From positions 1-64,000 of the IMG/VR virus record IMGVR_UViG_3300042691_027241: a stretch of 64,000 bases of DNA; one strand, 5' to 3'. Source of the DNA: a virus. Each line of letters begins with the position of its first letter. Within the stretch, counting starts at the first letter, position 1. Made by a program: the position numbers and the translations under genes. Below are positions 26,668 through 41,900 of this stretch, in pieces. The notes beneath the pieces were generated by a model. It had not been told where the DNA came from, searched no databases, and saw only the letters and a program-made list of their open reading frames with translations.

Positions 26668-29600
26668 ATGGCAATTACCACAAGACAAACCAGTTTATTA
26701 GTCCAGCAAGATTGGACTAAGATTTATCAGACTTTTAGAGAAGCTGATTTCCAAAGCTTTGATTTTGAAACACTACGCAAATCAATGATTGAGTATTTGC
26801 GTACATATTATCCTGAAGATTTCAATGATTTTACTGAAAGTTCAGAATACATTGCTTTAATAGATCTTATAGCTTTTTTAGGCCAAAGTTTGGCTTTTAG
26901 AACAGATTTAAACGCAAGAGAAAACTTTCTTGACACAGCCGAACGTCGCGACAGTATCTTAAAGTTAGCCAAACTTATAAGCTACAATCCTAAGCGTAGT
27001 ATACCAGCAGCAGGATTTTTAAAATTTCAAAATGTAAGCACATCAGAAATAATCTATGATAGTACTGGTACTAATTTAAGCAATCTTCTGGTAAACTGGA
27101 ACGATAATACTAACGAAAATTGGTTGGAACAATTTACAGCGATATTAAATGCTGTATTAGTTGGAACTCAGGCAATTGGAAAACCAGGAGCATCAAAAAC
27201 TTTAAGCGGAGTAAAAACAGACGAGTATGCTATAGATTTACTAAATGGAGTAATACCAGTACAACCCTATACCGCAAGCATAGCAGGAGTTACTTATCCA
27301 TTTGAAATAATAAGTGCAACATCAGCTGACCAAGCTTACATATATGAAAAATCACCTGCACCAAGCGGCGTTTTTAATTTTCTATATAAAAACGACAATC
27401 AAGGAAATGGGTCAAATAATACAGGATACTTTTTCTATTTCAAGCAAGGAGAACTTAGAAGTCTTGATTTTTCAATAACAGAAAGTTTGCCTAATCGTAT
27501 TGTTAATGTCAATTTTGACAATATCAACAACACTGATGTTTGGCTATATTCACTTAATTCAGCCGGCAGTCCTACTACTCTATGGACGCAAGTCCCGGCA
27601 ATAAATGGTATCAATGTAATCTACAATAATACCGAAGATAGAAATCTTTATAGTGTTAGCACCAGATCAAACGATCAAATTGATTTGGTGTTTGGTGATG
27701 GATCGTTCACTAATATTCCAATTGGTAATTTTAGAATTTATTATCGAGTTAGCAACAATCAAACCTACAAAATTACTCCTGAGGAAATGAGTGCAGTTAC
27801 TATCACTATTCCTTATAGAGGCAGAACAGGCAGAGCAGAAACTTTTTCTGTTCGTGCAAGTTTAGAATACACTGTAACTAATGCATCTGCCAGAGAAACT
27901 CTTGAAGAAATACGTATTAAAGCACCGCAACAGTACTATACTCAAAATCGAATGGTAACCGGTGAAGATTATAATATTCTTCCGTATACTACATTTGGTA
28001 ATATTTTAAAAGTCAAAGCCGTTAATAGATCCAGTTCAGGAGTGAGTCGTTATTTAGACGTAGTAGATGCTACCGGAAAATATTCAAGTACGAACATATT
28101 TGCACAAGACGGAATTATTTACTCTGAGCCAACAGTTGAAGTTGAAACATTTCAATTTACCAGCAGCAGTGAAGTAAATTATATTGTAAGAAATGTTATA
28201 ACTCCTTTGATTTCTCGCGTATCTACAAAACATCTATATTACAAAACAGCGACCAGATTTACTCCTACAGGTACATGGACACAATCTTCAAACAGTGGAG
28301 GTCGTAGTATTGGAACGTTTGATGCGTCCAGTTACATTTACATTACTCAAGGAGCCTTAATTAAATTTGTTGCACCAACCGGCAAATACTTTGATGCTCA
28401 AAATCAATTACAAACAGGCACCCCTGAGACAGAATTTCAACGCACAGAATTATGGGCCAGTGTTATTTCATATGTTACTCCTGGTGTAGGAAATGCAACA
28501 TTAAGTGTGGTAGTGCCAACTGGAGCACAAATAAGTGAAGTCATTCCGGTGTTCGCAAATGCCTGGCCATCATCTTTAATAACAGAAATTATAAACAATA
28601 TTTTAAGTTATAAAACATTTGCATTGAGATACGATATTGTCAATAAAATTTGGACCACAATTGATGAGGCGAACATTGGATCTGGAGATTTTAATTTAGC
28701 CAATGCAGGGAATACCTCAGGTTTAGGGTTAGATGACAGCTGGTTTTTAAAATTTGTGTTTGCTAACCAAGCATACACCGTGACAAGCAGAGGATTAAAT
28801 TATTTTTTCCAAAGCGAACGAGAAACAAGATTTTATTACGATCCTGATGTAAAAGTATATGATAGCAGAACAGCTACTACAAAATTAGACGAAATAAAAG
28901 TTTTACGTACAAATACACTACCTGACTCGGCTGATAGTTTGTTTTATAGTCAAATTTATCGTATAGCCAACCGTGTAGTAGAAGTTGATGGATTTGAGGA
29001 TAATAGGAAAATTTTAATTACTTTTCCTGACGATAACTTAGATGAGGTTCCTGACAATCCTGATTTATTTGATATATTAGTTGATCCAGAAACAAATCCT
29101 GAACATAAATTTGTTTATTTCATTGAAACTATTGACGAATTTAATTTTGAAAAATATGACCCTGTTGATCAAAATTTGATTGTATCAATTTATCCAGATG
29201 AAGCTGCAATTCTTACAAATATTACTCTATATCCTGTTGATACAATTTTTTATGCTACCGGCGAGGATAAATTTTATAAGTCGACCGGAAGCTCACTGAC
29301 TGTTGTGACAAATTATATTGCCAGGTTTGGAAGACAGGACATTATGTTTCAGTACACACACAATGCACCAAATAATCGTAGAATAGATCCAAGTCCAAAT
29401 AACCTAATAGATTTTTATATCTTAACAAGAACATACAGCGATCAATATTATGCTTATATCACTGATACAAGTAACAGATTGCCTCAACCGGTGCCTCCTA
29501 CCAGTGTAGAGTTACAAACAGAATTTGGATCAATTGAAAATTTAAAAACTATAAGTGATAGTATCATATATAATCCTGCTGTGTTCAAGCCATTATTTGG

Positions 29601-29952
29601 AAACAAGGCAATAGATTCTTTACGTGCTACTTTTAAAGTTATCAAGAACCCAAATGTAAATTTAAGCGATAATGATATAAAAAGTCAGGTCATTGCCGCA
29701 ATTAATACATATTTTGATATATCCAATTGGGATTTTGGCGAAACATTTTATTTTAGTGAACTAAGTGCTTATTTACATACATCGTTAAGCCCGAATGTTA
29801 GCAGTGTAATAATAGTACCGGCAGCTCAATTGAGCGGGTTTGGTGCATTATACCAAATTAATGCCGAACCAAACGAAATTTTAGTAAGTGCTGCTACTGT
29901 CGATAATGTACAAATTATCAGTGCAATCACAGCAGGACAAATTAACATTTAA
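26668..29952 (+). CDS. gp6: Baseplate wedge protein gp6-like
   Basis: DFETLRKSMIEYL, ENFLDTAERRDSILKLAKLISYNPKR, LVFGDG, TQNRMVTGEDY, WDFGETFYFSEL. Confidence 0.9.
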   Translation: MAITTRQTSLLVQQDWTKIYQTFREADFQSFDFETLRKSMIEYLRTYYPEDFNDFTESSEYIALIDLIAFLGQSLAFRTDLNARENFLDTAERRDSILKLAKLISYNPKRSIPAAGFLKFQNVSTSEIIYDSTGTNLSNLLVNWNDNTNENWLEQFTAILNAVLVGTQAIGKPGASKTLSGVKTDEYAIDLLNGVIPVQPYTASIAGVTYPFEIISATSADQAYIYEKSPAPSGVFNFLYKNDNQGNGSNNTGYFFYFKQGELRSLDFSITESLPNRIVNVNFDNINNTDVWLYSLNSAGSPTTLWTQVPAINGINVIYNNTEDRNLYSVSTRSNDQIDLVFGDGSFTNIPIGNFRIYYRVSNNQTYKITPEEMSAVTITIPYRGRTGRAETFSVRASLEYTVTNASARETLEEIRIKAPQQYYTQNRMVTGEDYNILPYTTFGNILKVKAVNRSSSGVSRYLDVVDATGKYSSTNIFAQDGIIYSEPTVEVETFQFTSSSEVNYIVRNVITPLISRVSTKHLYYKTATRFTPTGTWTQSSNSGGRSIGTFDASSYIYITQGALIKFVAPTGKYFDAQNQLQTGTPETEFQRTELWASVISYVTPGVGNATLSVVVPTGAQISEVIPVFANAWPSSLITEIINNILSYKTFALRYDIVNKIWTTIDEANIGSGDFNLANAGNTSGLGLDDSWFLKFVFANQAYTVTSRGLNYFFQSERETRFYYDPDVKVYDSRTATTKLDEIKVLRTNTLPDSADSLFYSQIYRIANRVVEVDGFEDNRKILITFPDDNLDEVPDNPDLFDILVDPETNPEHKFVYFIETIDEFNFEKYDPVDQNLIVSIYPDEAAILTNITLYPVDTIFYATGEDKFYKSTGSSLTVVTNYIARFGRQDIMFQYTHNAPNNRRIDPSPNNLIDFYILTRTYSDQYYAYITDTSNRLPQPVPPTSVELQTEFGSIENLKTISDSIIYNPAVFKPLFGNKAIDSLRATFKVIKNPNVNLSDNDIKSQVIAAINTYFDISNWDFGETFYFSELSAYLHTSLSPNVSSVIIVPAAQLSGFGALYQINAEPNEILVSAATVDNVQIISAITAGQINI

Positions 29953-29963
29953 TAGGAACAAGA

Positions 29964-32900
29964 ATGGCTGTTATAAAAACTCATCAATTTCTACCAGAAA
30001 TTTTTCAGACTGAAACAAATAAAAAATTCTTAAATGCCACCTTGGACCAGCTGGTAAATGAACCTGCCCTTAAAAAGATAAATGGTTATATTGGTAGAAA
30101 ACTGGCTCCTTCGTACAAAGTTAATGATAGCTATATTTTAGAAAATAATAAAGAAAGACAAAATTATCAGCTGGAGCCATCTCTTATTATTAAAAATAAT
30201 GTTACAAGCGAAATTGAATTTGCTACAACATATATTGACATTATTAATAAATTAAAATATCACGGCAGCCTAACTGACAATCATAATAGATTATTCGACA
30301 ACGAATACTACACATATGATCCTAAAATTGATCTTGACAAATTTGTTAATTTTAGTCAATATTATTGGTTACCAAACGGTCCAGATCCTGTAACTGTCAC
30401 TGCAAATGGAGTAAAACTACAGCAATCGTTTACTGTAACGTATGACAGCGTTCAAGGTATCTATAAATTTAGCGAATACGGAGAAACACCTAATCCTACG
30501 TTAACGCTGGCAAGAGGCGGAACTTATGACTTTGTCATTAACGAACCAGGAAACGAATTTTTTATACAAAGTCGCCCAGGCGCAAATGGATTAGATCCAA
30601 ATTTTCTAAACTTAACTACCAGACAAGTTTTAGGAGTGAGTAACAATGGAGCAGATGTTGGAACGATTAGATTCACAGTTCCTGCTTCTTCGGCCCAAAG
30701 CCAGTGGACTTCGATGCCATTGGTTGATACTGTAGATTATGCTACCACTCTTGGGTTTCATCAACTATTGGGCGCCAACCCTGAAGAACTAATCACTAAT
30801 TTTGGTGGCATTGATGGCCCAGTGCGATATCTTGACAATGCCTCGGTAGTATTCACTAACGTAGAATATATTGATGATACATTTTGGAACGACTCGTCGA
30901 GAGTAGACAACGGAGTAGTATATTTTGACGATCCTAAACTAATTCCTTTTTCTCAAAGAAATAGTATTTTTACAATAAAAATCGAAAGAGATCAAAACAA
31001 CGTAGAACGCATTGTATTATTTCCAAAATTGCCAGTTGCCAACGAACATAAAGTCAAAATCAAAGGTGGACAAACTTATGCTGGAAGAGAGTTTTACAGT
31101 AGATTAAATCTATTAACTTTAGTGCCATATGTTACTGCTCCTCAAGATTTTTTGTTTTATCAGAGCGGCGAAAATAATGATGCAAGTGGATTAATAAATT
31201 TAGTGGCACCAACCACAAGCACTATAGATCCTCAAACTGACATAGTTGGTAGAACAGATTACAAAAGTCCCAATGGGGTTACATTTACCAATGGTTTGAA
31301 AGTAAGATTTGATAGTAGTGCTCTTGAACAATGGCAAAATAAAAATTACTATGTAGAAGGCGTTGGATCTGCTATTAATTTAGTACCAGAAGATGAACTT
31401 GTTTCCATTGAATCTATTAATAGTAGCACCGTGCTCGAAGCAGGCCAAGGCTATGTGATAGGAGATAGATTAAATTTCACTGGCGGAACAGGCACTGCAA
31501 ATGCAACTGTTGTTATTAAAGACATTGTGTTAGACACCGCCACTGCCACAGCCACAATTAATTCAACAACTGGGGTAGTAAATAACATAACAATTGTAAA
31601 TGGTGGATCAGGATATCTATCAGCACCTGCAGTAACTATTGATTCAGCCCCAACAGGAAATCCCAGTGCATTTGCTCATGCTGTAATTAGCAATGGAGTT
31701 GTAACTAATATCATAATTGATTCTGCAGGCCTCAATTACGCATCCCCACCAACTGTTACTATAGCGCCACCTACCTCAGGTCCTATAAAAGATTTCTTTA
31801 TAAAGGATAGAGGAAACTATTCTGTCTTACCGCAAAACCCTATTAAATTAGAAGGAGGATTGGGTACCGAAGCACTTTTAAATGCATATCTTCAACCTGT
31901 GTTAGCAGATTACATCACGATAAAACGTTCAAGTATTGACAGAAACCCTTGGTCCAGAGCAAATAGATGGTTTCACATGGATGTGATTGAAAAAACTGCA
32001 GAGTACAATGGCGTCAATGCAATTTATAATCAAACCTCGAGAGCCAGTAGACCTATAATAGAATTCAATGAAAGTCTACAATTATTTAATTTTGGCGCAG
32101 AAGCCAAACGACCTGTTGATATATTAGACACAACTATACAAAATGCTTTTACACAAGTTCAAGGTGTTATCTGTATAGATGAAAAAATTCTCACAATAGG
32201 AAATTTAACTCTAACACATGGTGACAGAGTTATCTTTAGTAACGATATCAATAATGATGTACGAAATAAAATTTACAACTTTACTATAGAAGCAACAACT
32301 GAATTTCCTCCAGCTGTGACTTATAAAGCTTATATACAGGAAACCGAAGATACTAATATATCTGAAAGAAATACTGTGCTGGTGTTATCTGGCGACAACG
32401 GAGGAAAACAATGGTATTATAACGGAAACTCGTGGACGGCATCTCAAACTAAAACACAATATAGTCAAGAACCTTTATTTGATATCATCAACGACAATGG
32501 AATAAGTTTTGGAGATAACTTAAATTATTCAGGAACAACGTTTAACGGCACAAAAATATTTTCGTACAAAAAAGGTACAGGATCCGCTGATCCTGTGATA
32601 GGATTTCCGTTAAGTTATAAAAATTTTGTAAGTCAAGGTGATATCCAATTTGACAATAATTTTGACTTCGAGACATTCACCTACTTACTCAATAATGGAG
32701 CTGTAGAAACAATTAAAATTAACTCTGGGTATTTACAGAAAAATTTAAATGCCGAGACTAATCAACGACAAAACATATGGACTATCAATAGAGATTTTTC
32801 TAAACAATATCAAAACTATCAATTTACATATGATGGTGAGACCAATTTGTTTCCAATTGATAATCCTCCAGATACCAGTGTTATTAATCCTAATATAAAA

Positions 32901-35900
32901 ATTACTGTAAATAATCAAATTTTAAGTATAGGTAACTTCGCTATAACTAAAGTGGTAGATCAATATGCAGTATTAGTTAATCCTGATATTATTAAAAAAG
33001 ATGACATAATTTTTGTTAGTATTTTTAATAAAAATTTTGTGTCACCCAACGCCTATTATGAGGTTCCGTTAAATCTTGATATCAATGGACTTAACAGTAA
33101 TCTTACTACCTTAACTTTAGGACAATTACGCAATCATCTGATTACTCTAAAAAACAACAGTTTAAATGTTCAGGGTAGAGTGCCAGGTGACAGTAATTTA
33201 AGAGATATTCAGTATATTAATCAAGGAGGTAGTGTATTACAACACAGTGCTCCTGTAGTGTATGCTGGCTTATTTCTTAATCATCCTACGATGAATTTTG
33301 TAGATGCTATAAAATTAGCCAATAGAGAATATACAAAATTTAAAATTAAATTTATTGAGCTGGCAGGAAATTTAGAATTAGATCGAAATGATATCCCTGG
33401 TAGCGTTGATCAGATAATGTTGACTATTAATGCAGTAAAAAATGATAGTTTTCCGTGGTTCTACAGCGACATGTTGCCTTATGGGCCAAACGAACGAGTC
33501 ATTATTCCTACCTATACTGTGTTAGATCCTGATATCAAAACTTATGAAATAAACAATATATTCGTTGATACAGTTATTAGTAACAAAGCTGTGTTAGTCT
33601 ATCTAACAAGAACTATAAACAGTGTTGAACAAAAAACTCTTTTAATAAAAGATAGAGATTATTCTTTAAGACAGGACAGACCGGCAGTAGAAATTAAAGA
33701 AAGTTTTGGCTTGTTATACGGGGACAAAATTGATATTGTTGAGTATAACAACACCGATGGTTGTTATGTACCCGAAACACCTACAAAAATGGGCATGTAT
33801 CCAAAGTATTACCCTGAAATCTACAGCGATGACACCTATAGACAACCAATTGATGTAATTCAAGGACATGACGGTAGTATCATGCCGGCATTTGGTGATT
33901 TCAGAGATCAACTTATATTAGAATTAGAACGTCGCATTTATAATAATATTAAAGTAAATTATGATACAAACATTTTTAATCTTTATGATTATTTGCCAGG
34001 TAAGTTTAGAGTTACTGACTACTCCCTTGGGGAATTTAATCAAATTTTGAGTCAAGGGTTTTTATCTTGGATTGGTACTAATAGAATTGACTATACTACC
34101 AATAGCTTTTTCCAAGCTTCGGATCCTTTTACTTGGAACTATAAAAAATTTATTGATGCGGTAAATGGAGAAACTTCCCCAGGAACATGGCGAAGCATAT
34201 TCAAATATTTTTACGATACAGACAGACCTCATACGCATCCCTGGGAGATGTTAGGATTCAGTGAAAAACCAAGTTATTGGGAAGATAGATATGGCCCTGC
34301 GCCTTACACCGGTGGCAATAGTATTTTATGGAGTGATCTGAGTTTAGGTTATATTCACGCTGGACCACGAATTGGGTTTGATTTAAGATATCAGCGTCCT
34401 AATTTATCATTTATTATCCCAGTAGACGAGAATGGCAATTTAAAGTCGCCCACAGAAATTGGTGGTTATAATCCAGTAACTGGACAAAAATTTGGTTTAA
34501 TCGCTGATTTTGATAGTACAAAAGCAAATACCAGTTATGCTGTTGGTGACGTTGGACCCGTTGAACTGGCATGGCGTAGAAGTAGCGAATTTCCTTATGC
34601 TATACAGTTGGCATTGGCCCTATCCAAGCCAGCAAAGTATTTTTCTTTGATGGCAAATACACAAAATTATATTAGAAATCCAATTACTGGTCAATTTGAA
34701 ATCACTGCTACCGGACAGCACATAACACCAACTGCTTTATTGGTCCAAGGATACGACAATAATGGAATTATAGAAAGAAATTCTGGTTACCTAAATTGGA
34801 TAAGAGATTATGTCAAAAATTTAGGTATAGGTGATGCAGCTTCTCAAATCAAGGAAAATTTAACTGAACTTGATGTACAGCTTGCATACAAAATGGCCGG
34901 ATACACTGATAAAAGATTTATAGAGTTACTGGCTGAACAAAGTAGCCCAAGCAGTATCAACGATAGTGTGGTAGTGCCAGAAGAAAACTACAGGATAGAA
35001 CTGTATAAGGGCAGTCCGGTTAACAAGATTACATACAGTGCAGTGATAGTAGAAAAAAGCCCAAATGGATATACTGTGAGTGGCTTTGACTTAACTAACC
35101 CATACTTTTTTATTATTCCAAGTCAAGTGAATAATAATGCCTATTCTATAACATCAGGTAAAGAAAGAGGAATTGTTTACAAAGATTTTAAAAATGCAAA
35201 GTACACAGTGCCTTATGGATTTGAATTTAACTCTAAGCAACAAGTAGTTGATTTCTTAGTTAGCTATCAAAGGTATTTGTTAGCCCAAGGATTTATTTTC
35301 ATCGATAGAGATAATGATTTAAAAGAACAAAAAGACTGGATTTTGAGTGCCAAAGAATTTTTACACTGGAGTTCACAAGGGTGGAAAACAGGTAATATTA
35401 TTGTACTAAGTCCGGTGAGTACTCAATTAAAAGTTTTTGACGAATCTTCGGTGGTCGATGAAATCAAAAACACTCCGTATTCGAGTAGAGTGTTGGATAT
35501 AAATTTTAAACCAATAATTAAAAACAATTTTACTGTGTATAGAAGCAGCAACACATTTACTTTTCAATCAAACGCCAATCAAACAATTGGATTTGCAGAA
35601 TTAAATTTAGTTCAATTTGAACATCTTCTAATTTTAGATAATATAACGGTATTCAATGATATTTTGTACGTACCAGAATTAGGAAACAGACAATATAGAT
35701 TGAAACTGGTAGGAGCTAAAACAAGCAACTGGAATGGCAGTTTAGAATTACCAGGTTTTATATATAGCAGCGATAAAGTCGACGAATGGGTGTCAGGCCA
35801 AGATTACTTAAAAGGGTCAATAGTCAAATATAAATTTAGATTTTATACTGCTATTCAGAATGTAACTGCATCAGATCAGTTTCAAACAAATTTCTGGAAA

Positions 35901-38900
35901 TTAATAGCCTCATCAGAATTAAAATCTGGGATTATTAATAATTTGGCAACTAATGCCCAACAGGGAATAAATTTTTATGATATTGACAACCAACCAATAG
36001 CCGAAGATTTGCAATTGTTTAGTAACGGGCTAATAGGATTTAGAGATAGACAATATTTCAACAACTTGGGTATAGACAACGCTACACAAAGTAAATTTTA
36101 TCAAGGGTTGATTAAACAAAAAGGAACAATAAATTCTATCAATGCCCTTAAAGGAGCAAACTTTAATAATTTAGAAGCCAAAGTTAACTTTTACGAAAAT
36201 TGGGCTGTGAGAATTGGCGAGTATGGGGCCACTGATGTTAACAAATTTATAGAGATTGAATTAAATGAATCTGCATTTAGTAGTAACCCTACATCTTTAC
36301 AATTTGTCGACGATACAGTTGTACAGGAACCAGATGTTGTTACTTTTAATAAAAGTGACGTTTTTAAATCTGCAGGCGAATATGTTGCAAAACTCTTTGC
36401 TGCAGAGACCAATGATCAACCAAAAATTTACAAACCTTTACCAGTTGCGGGATTTGTAAATCTTGACGATATCGACGCCACTATTTTTGACTTAAATGAT
36501 TATGAAACACTAACAACTATTGTTAACAATATTGGCACAGGTTACAAAATTTGGGTAGCAAGAGACTTTACAAAAAACTGGAATGTTTACCGATCCAGTT
36601 TAATCGAGGGTTCGTTATTTGCCCTAAGATATATTGTAGACGATATTGTTGAAGTTTATTTTGATAGAGATCATGGATTGTCAGAAGATGCTCTAATTGT
36701 TATCAAAAATTTTGATTCAAGATACGACGGAGTTTATCGAGTTGAAAATATAGTAGACTCCAATAGATTTACTATCACAATGTATCAAAATTTGCAGAAG
36801 ATAAAAGATGAACAAGCAGTTGCTGGTTCGGGAGTGTTATTTCAGCTTACTTCAACAAAGATAAACGTAGCAAGTGATGTAGAATCTGTTCGGCCGGTTC
36901 AAGGGTGGGTAGAGAATGATAAAATTTGGGTTAACAATTTAGACAATCAACAAAACTGGGGAGTTTACAACAAGACCAGCCCTTGGAAATATATCAGCAA
37001 AGTTGAATTAGATCCAAGTAAGATGTCCGGAAATGATAATTTTGGGCAAGCAGTAAGTCTTGATCCGAGTACAGGCAGACTTTTATATGCTGGCGCACCA
37101 AATTCGGGTACGGGTCGAGCTGCAATTTTTGTGCGATCAGGAAACAACTCGTGGGTACCAAGTTCTTTTTTCTGGGGAAATAGCACAGGATTAGATAGTT
37201 ATGGTAAGGTAGTTGCCAATGGCAATGGATACTTTGCAGTAGCGGCCCCAGATAGTCAGTCTGGGACCGGGTACGTGTACATGTACAACGATGGGGTCTT
37301 AATACAGATTATCACCGATGATATGGGTGTTGCCAATGACTATTTTGGTAGTGCTATCGCAATGAGTCATGACGGGCGTTACATGTACATTGGTTCTCCG
37401 GGTGCTGATAAAGTTCTATGTTACGCAGTTGTAACAAGAACAGAGGAAGCACAAAGTATAGTAGGTACAGGCTCGGCTACAACTTATACTTTAACGTCTT
37501 CTTTAGACAAACCAAGCGATTTAGTTGTGTTTGCAACATTAAGATCGGCTGAATATATTCCTACTGTGGACTATACACTAACTCAAGCATCAAATGGTAT
37601 TATATCATTTAATCAGACCGGAAACGGTGCAGTAGGTGGCGGAACACTCACTTACAATAACTTAGCTGCCACTGGAGGCACTGGTTCCGGTGCTACATTC
37701 ACTGTAATTAATAGTAATTCAGGTGCCTATTCGGTCTCAAGAATCAATGGAGGATCAGGATATAGCAATGGCGATACTCTTACTATTCTTGGTAGTAGTC
37801 TTGGCGGCACTGCCCCGGCCAATAATCTTACATTGACTGTGTCGAGTAAAGGAACTATCGATAATATCAGTTTTGTTGCTGCCCCAGTAAATTTTGAACG
37901 CATTGATTTAATTAGAAGATCAAAGTTTTATAAATTGATAGGCACTATATCAGGACCAACTGCAGGCGCTAATTTTGGAACATCTGTTGTGACCAACAAG
38001 GACGGTTCTGTAATAGTAATAGGTTCAAATTTAGACACAAACTTTAATATTGATAATAATGGTAAAGTAAATGTCTATCAAAGAACAATTACTGAATTTA
38101 CAACTGATGGTGTATCAGGAACGTTTAATACTCCTCTTCCGGTAGCTGATGTTTTCAGAGTTACATTTAACGGTACTGAATTAGTGAATGGAACCGATTA
38201 TTATTTGGTTGGAAGTAGTGCGATACAGTTTCCTCCTTTTGCTACTCCTGTTATAGGACAAAAATTAGTAGTTGAAACTAATAATTTTTTACCAACCCAA
38301 GATTTGTATCCTTCACTAAGTGGTGTAATTGGACAAAAATTTGGTAGTGCATTGGCAGTATGTAATACAGGTTGTAATGTTTATGTAGCAAGTCCGTATT
38401 ACGCAGAATCACATTACAGTGAAGGACTGGTTACTCGTTTTGTTAATAATGGCAGAGTATACGGAGAAGTAACAGGCACAGTCGAAAATCCTACAGTGAT
38501 ACCAGGAGATACTTTTGTTATCAATGATAGAACTCTGACAGTAAACGGAACAACTTTAGCAAGTGTGATATCATTGATAAATGCAGCCAGCATTCCAGGA
38601 GTTCAGGCAGAAAATTTTGATAATAAGTTAAAAATTACAAGTGATAGTGCAGTTGCTAACAATAAACTTGATATCAAAATGGGCATAGGATCCGTTATAT
38701 ACGATTTAGGAATAGAAATTTATTCTGTTGCTCAGACAATAAAACATCCAAATTTAAACGGAGAAAGATTTGGTACAGCACTGGCACTTTCACAAGCCTC
38801 TGGAATGTTGGCTGTAACAAGCGATGGTGCCGATATTTCTGTACCAACAACCTTTGATACTTCATTTACTTTAACAACTTTTGATAGCAATAGCACAACA

Positions 38901-41900
38901 TTTGTTGCTTTGGCTCAAGATTCTGGTGCCGTCTATATATATGATTTAATGGAAAATCCTTTTGAATCGCAACAAAATCCAGCAATTTTTGCATATACTC
39001 AAAAACTTGTAGGTCCAGATTTAGATACAGGATTCAATTTTGGTGCAAGTACAAGTATATTCAACGGTACACTTGTAGCCGGTGTAACCAATGACTACAA
39101 TATTGTACCAGGTGGAGGAAGTATCTATGCTTACTATAATGAAAATAACACAGGCGGCTGGGATTTAATAAGATACAAAGACAAACAAGTTGATCCGGCA
39201 ACTATAAATTCGGCTTTCATATACAACAATAAGCAACAACAAATCATTTCTTTCTTTGATATTTACGATCCTGCAAAAGGAAAATTGTTAGGCGTTGTGG
39301 ATCAAGAATTAGACTACAAAGAAGAATATGACCCGGCTGCTTATAATGTTGTACAAGGTTCTGATCAAATTCAAAATTCTACTTTTTATTGGTCATCTCG
39401 GCACGTTGGTAAAACATGGTTTGACACCAGCAAGGCCAGTTTTATTGAATACGAACAAGGATCTTTACAATACCGAGAAAAAAATTGGGGATCTCTCTTC
39501 CCTGGAAGCCAGGTAAAAATATATGAATGGGTTGAGAGTAATTTTCTTCCAAGTCAATATGCAAATTCTGGCCAAGATGGAGTTCCAAAATATCCAGATA
39601 ATTCGGCTTATACAAGTGTAACTATTGTTGACCCATCAACTGGAATAATATCACAAAAGTATTATTATTGGGTAGGAAATAAAACTTCTGTTGATGTATT
39701 GAAATCTAAAAGATCTTTAAGTATTCAATCATTGGAAAAATACATTAGCAATCCAAAAGACCAGAATATACCTTACATTGCTGCGTTATCACAAAATAGT
39801 GTGGCTCTATACAATATTGCAAATAATTTATCAGCCAATGACGTAGTTTTACACATTGATACTGCTACTTCAAGAAATAAGAATATTATTCATAACGAGT
39901 ATCAATTGATACAGCAAGGTAACCCTGACCAAACAATACCTGCCCGTGTGCTTAAAAAAATGAAGGATAGTTTTGTAGGCTTTGATGACTCGGGTAAAAT
40001 CGTTCCAGATCCTAATCTTCCTCCTGAAAATAGTATCGGTCTTTTAATCAGACCAAGACAAGGAATTTTTGTTAATAGATTAGCAGCTTTGAAAAATTTT
40101 GTTTTACAATTAAACACAATATTCAAAAAGAACCCAACTCTGCTAATTTCGAACCCATCTACAATGTATTCCGAGGACCCTCTTCCTGCCACATACGACT
40201 CTGAAGTAGGCTCCTTTACTGAAATTGAATATTTGGATGTTGACGCATTTGCTGATGGGTACACTATTTTAATTAGAAATGATTCTCGTTATAATGGAAG
40301 ATGGACACTTTATGAGTTCAATGGTCAGACCAAGAAATTTGAACTGCTGTTGATTCAAAGTTATAAGACACCAATTTGGTGGAGTAAAATAGATTGGTAC
40401 AGCGAAGAATACGAAACCGGTAAAGAAATAAAATACGTAGTTGACACCTATGGTCAGATTTTGTCGCTAAATTTAATACCAGATGATTATGTAAAAATTT
40501 TAGATGATGGAATAGGCAATTGGTTAATATTCAGAGTCGAAAATGATCTAAGTTTAACTTTACTTGCCGCTCAAAATGCCTCTATAGAGATTAAAGATAC
40601 TATATATGAATTAAAATACGGTGCAGGCTTTGATTCAACTGTGTTTGACATTGTAGATTTTGACCCAGCAGCAGCTAAAGAAGTTGGTCAAATTTTTGAG
40701 AGTGTGTACAAAGAAATTTTAATCAACAGTTTAGCAATTGATTTTAACAATTTATTTTTTGCAATAGTTAACTTTATCATAGCCGAACAAAAAAACCCAG
40801 ACTGGATTTTTAAAAGTAGTTTCATTGATGTTTATCACAGTCTACGAAATTTAGAACAATTGCCTAATTATATTAAAGATAATCAAAGTTTTTATGAAGA
40901 TTATATTAAAGAAATCAAACCATATAGAACAATAATAAAAGAATTTGTTCCACAATACAGTAAAACTGATGAGGCAACAGGTAATTGGGCAGATTTTGAT
41001 TTACCAGCAAGATATTTCTCGACAGAGGCAATCTACAGATCCCCGGACGTCATTAACTCAACCGATGCTTACTTATTCGAAGACGTTCCGGTTTATTCAA
41101 CCTATGCCGAAAACTACAAATTTAAAATATCAGGCTATCTATTAGGAAATGTTGGCCAGAATTATATTCTACCTCCTAATGTCGAAATAGTCGGCGGCGG
41201 AGGCACAGGTGCCGCTGCTATTACAACTATAAATTCCACTACCGGCAAATTAACAGGAATTTATGTAACCAATCCCGGATCTGGTTACACCAGTACTCCC
41301 AGTGTTTTTATAAACGGTGTAGGCGAAGGCGCTACAGCATATCCATTACTTAAAAACGAATATGATAGGGAAGGTAGTTACAATACTGTGCGTGGTATCA
41401 CAACAAACTTAAAATTTGATAGAATTACTTACTCAAGTAATATAGCTGAATGGCAACCTAATACAGCATATCAGCCCACAATCGTTGTAGATGGCAACAA
41501 AGCTAATGCATGGAATTTAAATAGATTGCGTTATGCAGAGGCTACAGTTATAACTTCTCAAGACAATGATGTTACTGAAGTGTTCTTCAAGAGTGACGGT
41601 ACTGCTATGTATGTGGTTGGAAATTCCACTGATAGAATTTATCAATATGCTCTTGGGATACCGTGGGATGTAACAACAGCTTCAAATATTGGAGCAGCCA
41701 ATTTAGCTCCACAAGACACAAATGTACAAGGATTGTACATCAAAGATGATGGCACAAAAATGTTCACAGTTGGAACGAGTACTGATTCAATTTATCAGTA
41801 CCGCTTGGCTACAGCATGGATGGTGAATACTGCTTCGGTTATATCTTCTGTAGATATTAGTTCTGAAGAATCAAGTGCTCGAGCCATTGAGTTTAGTCAA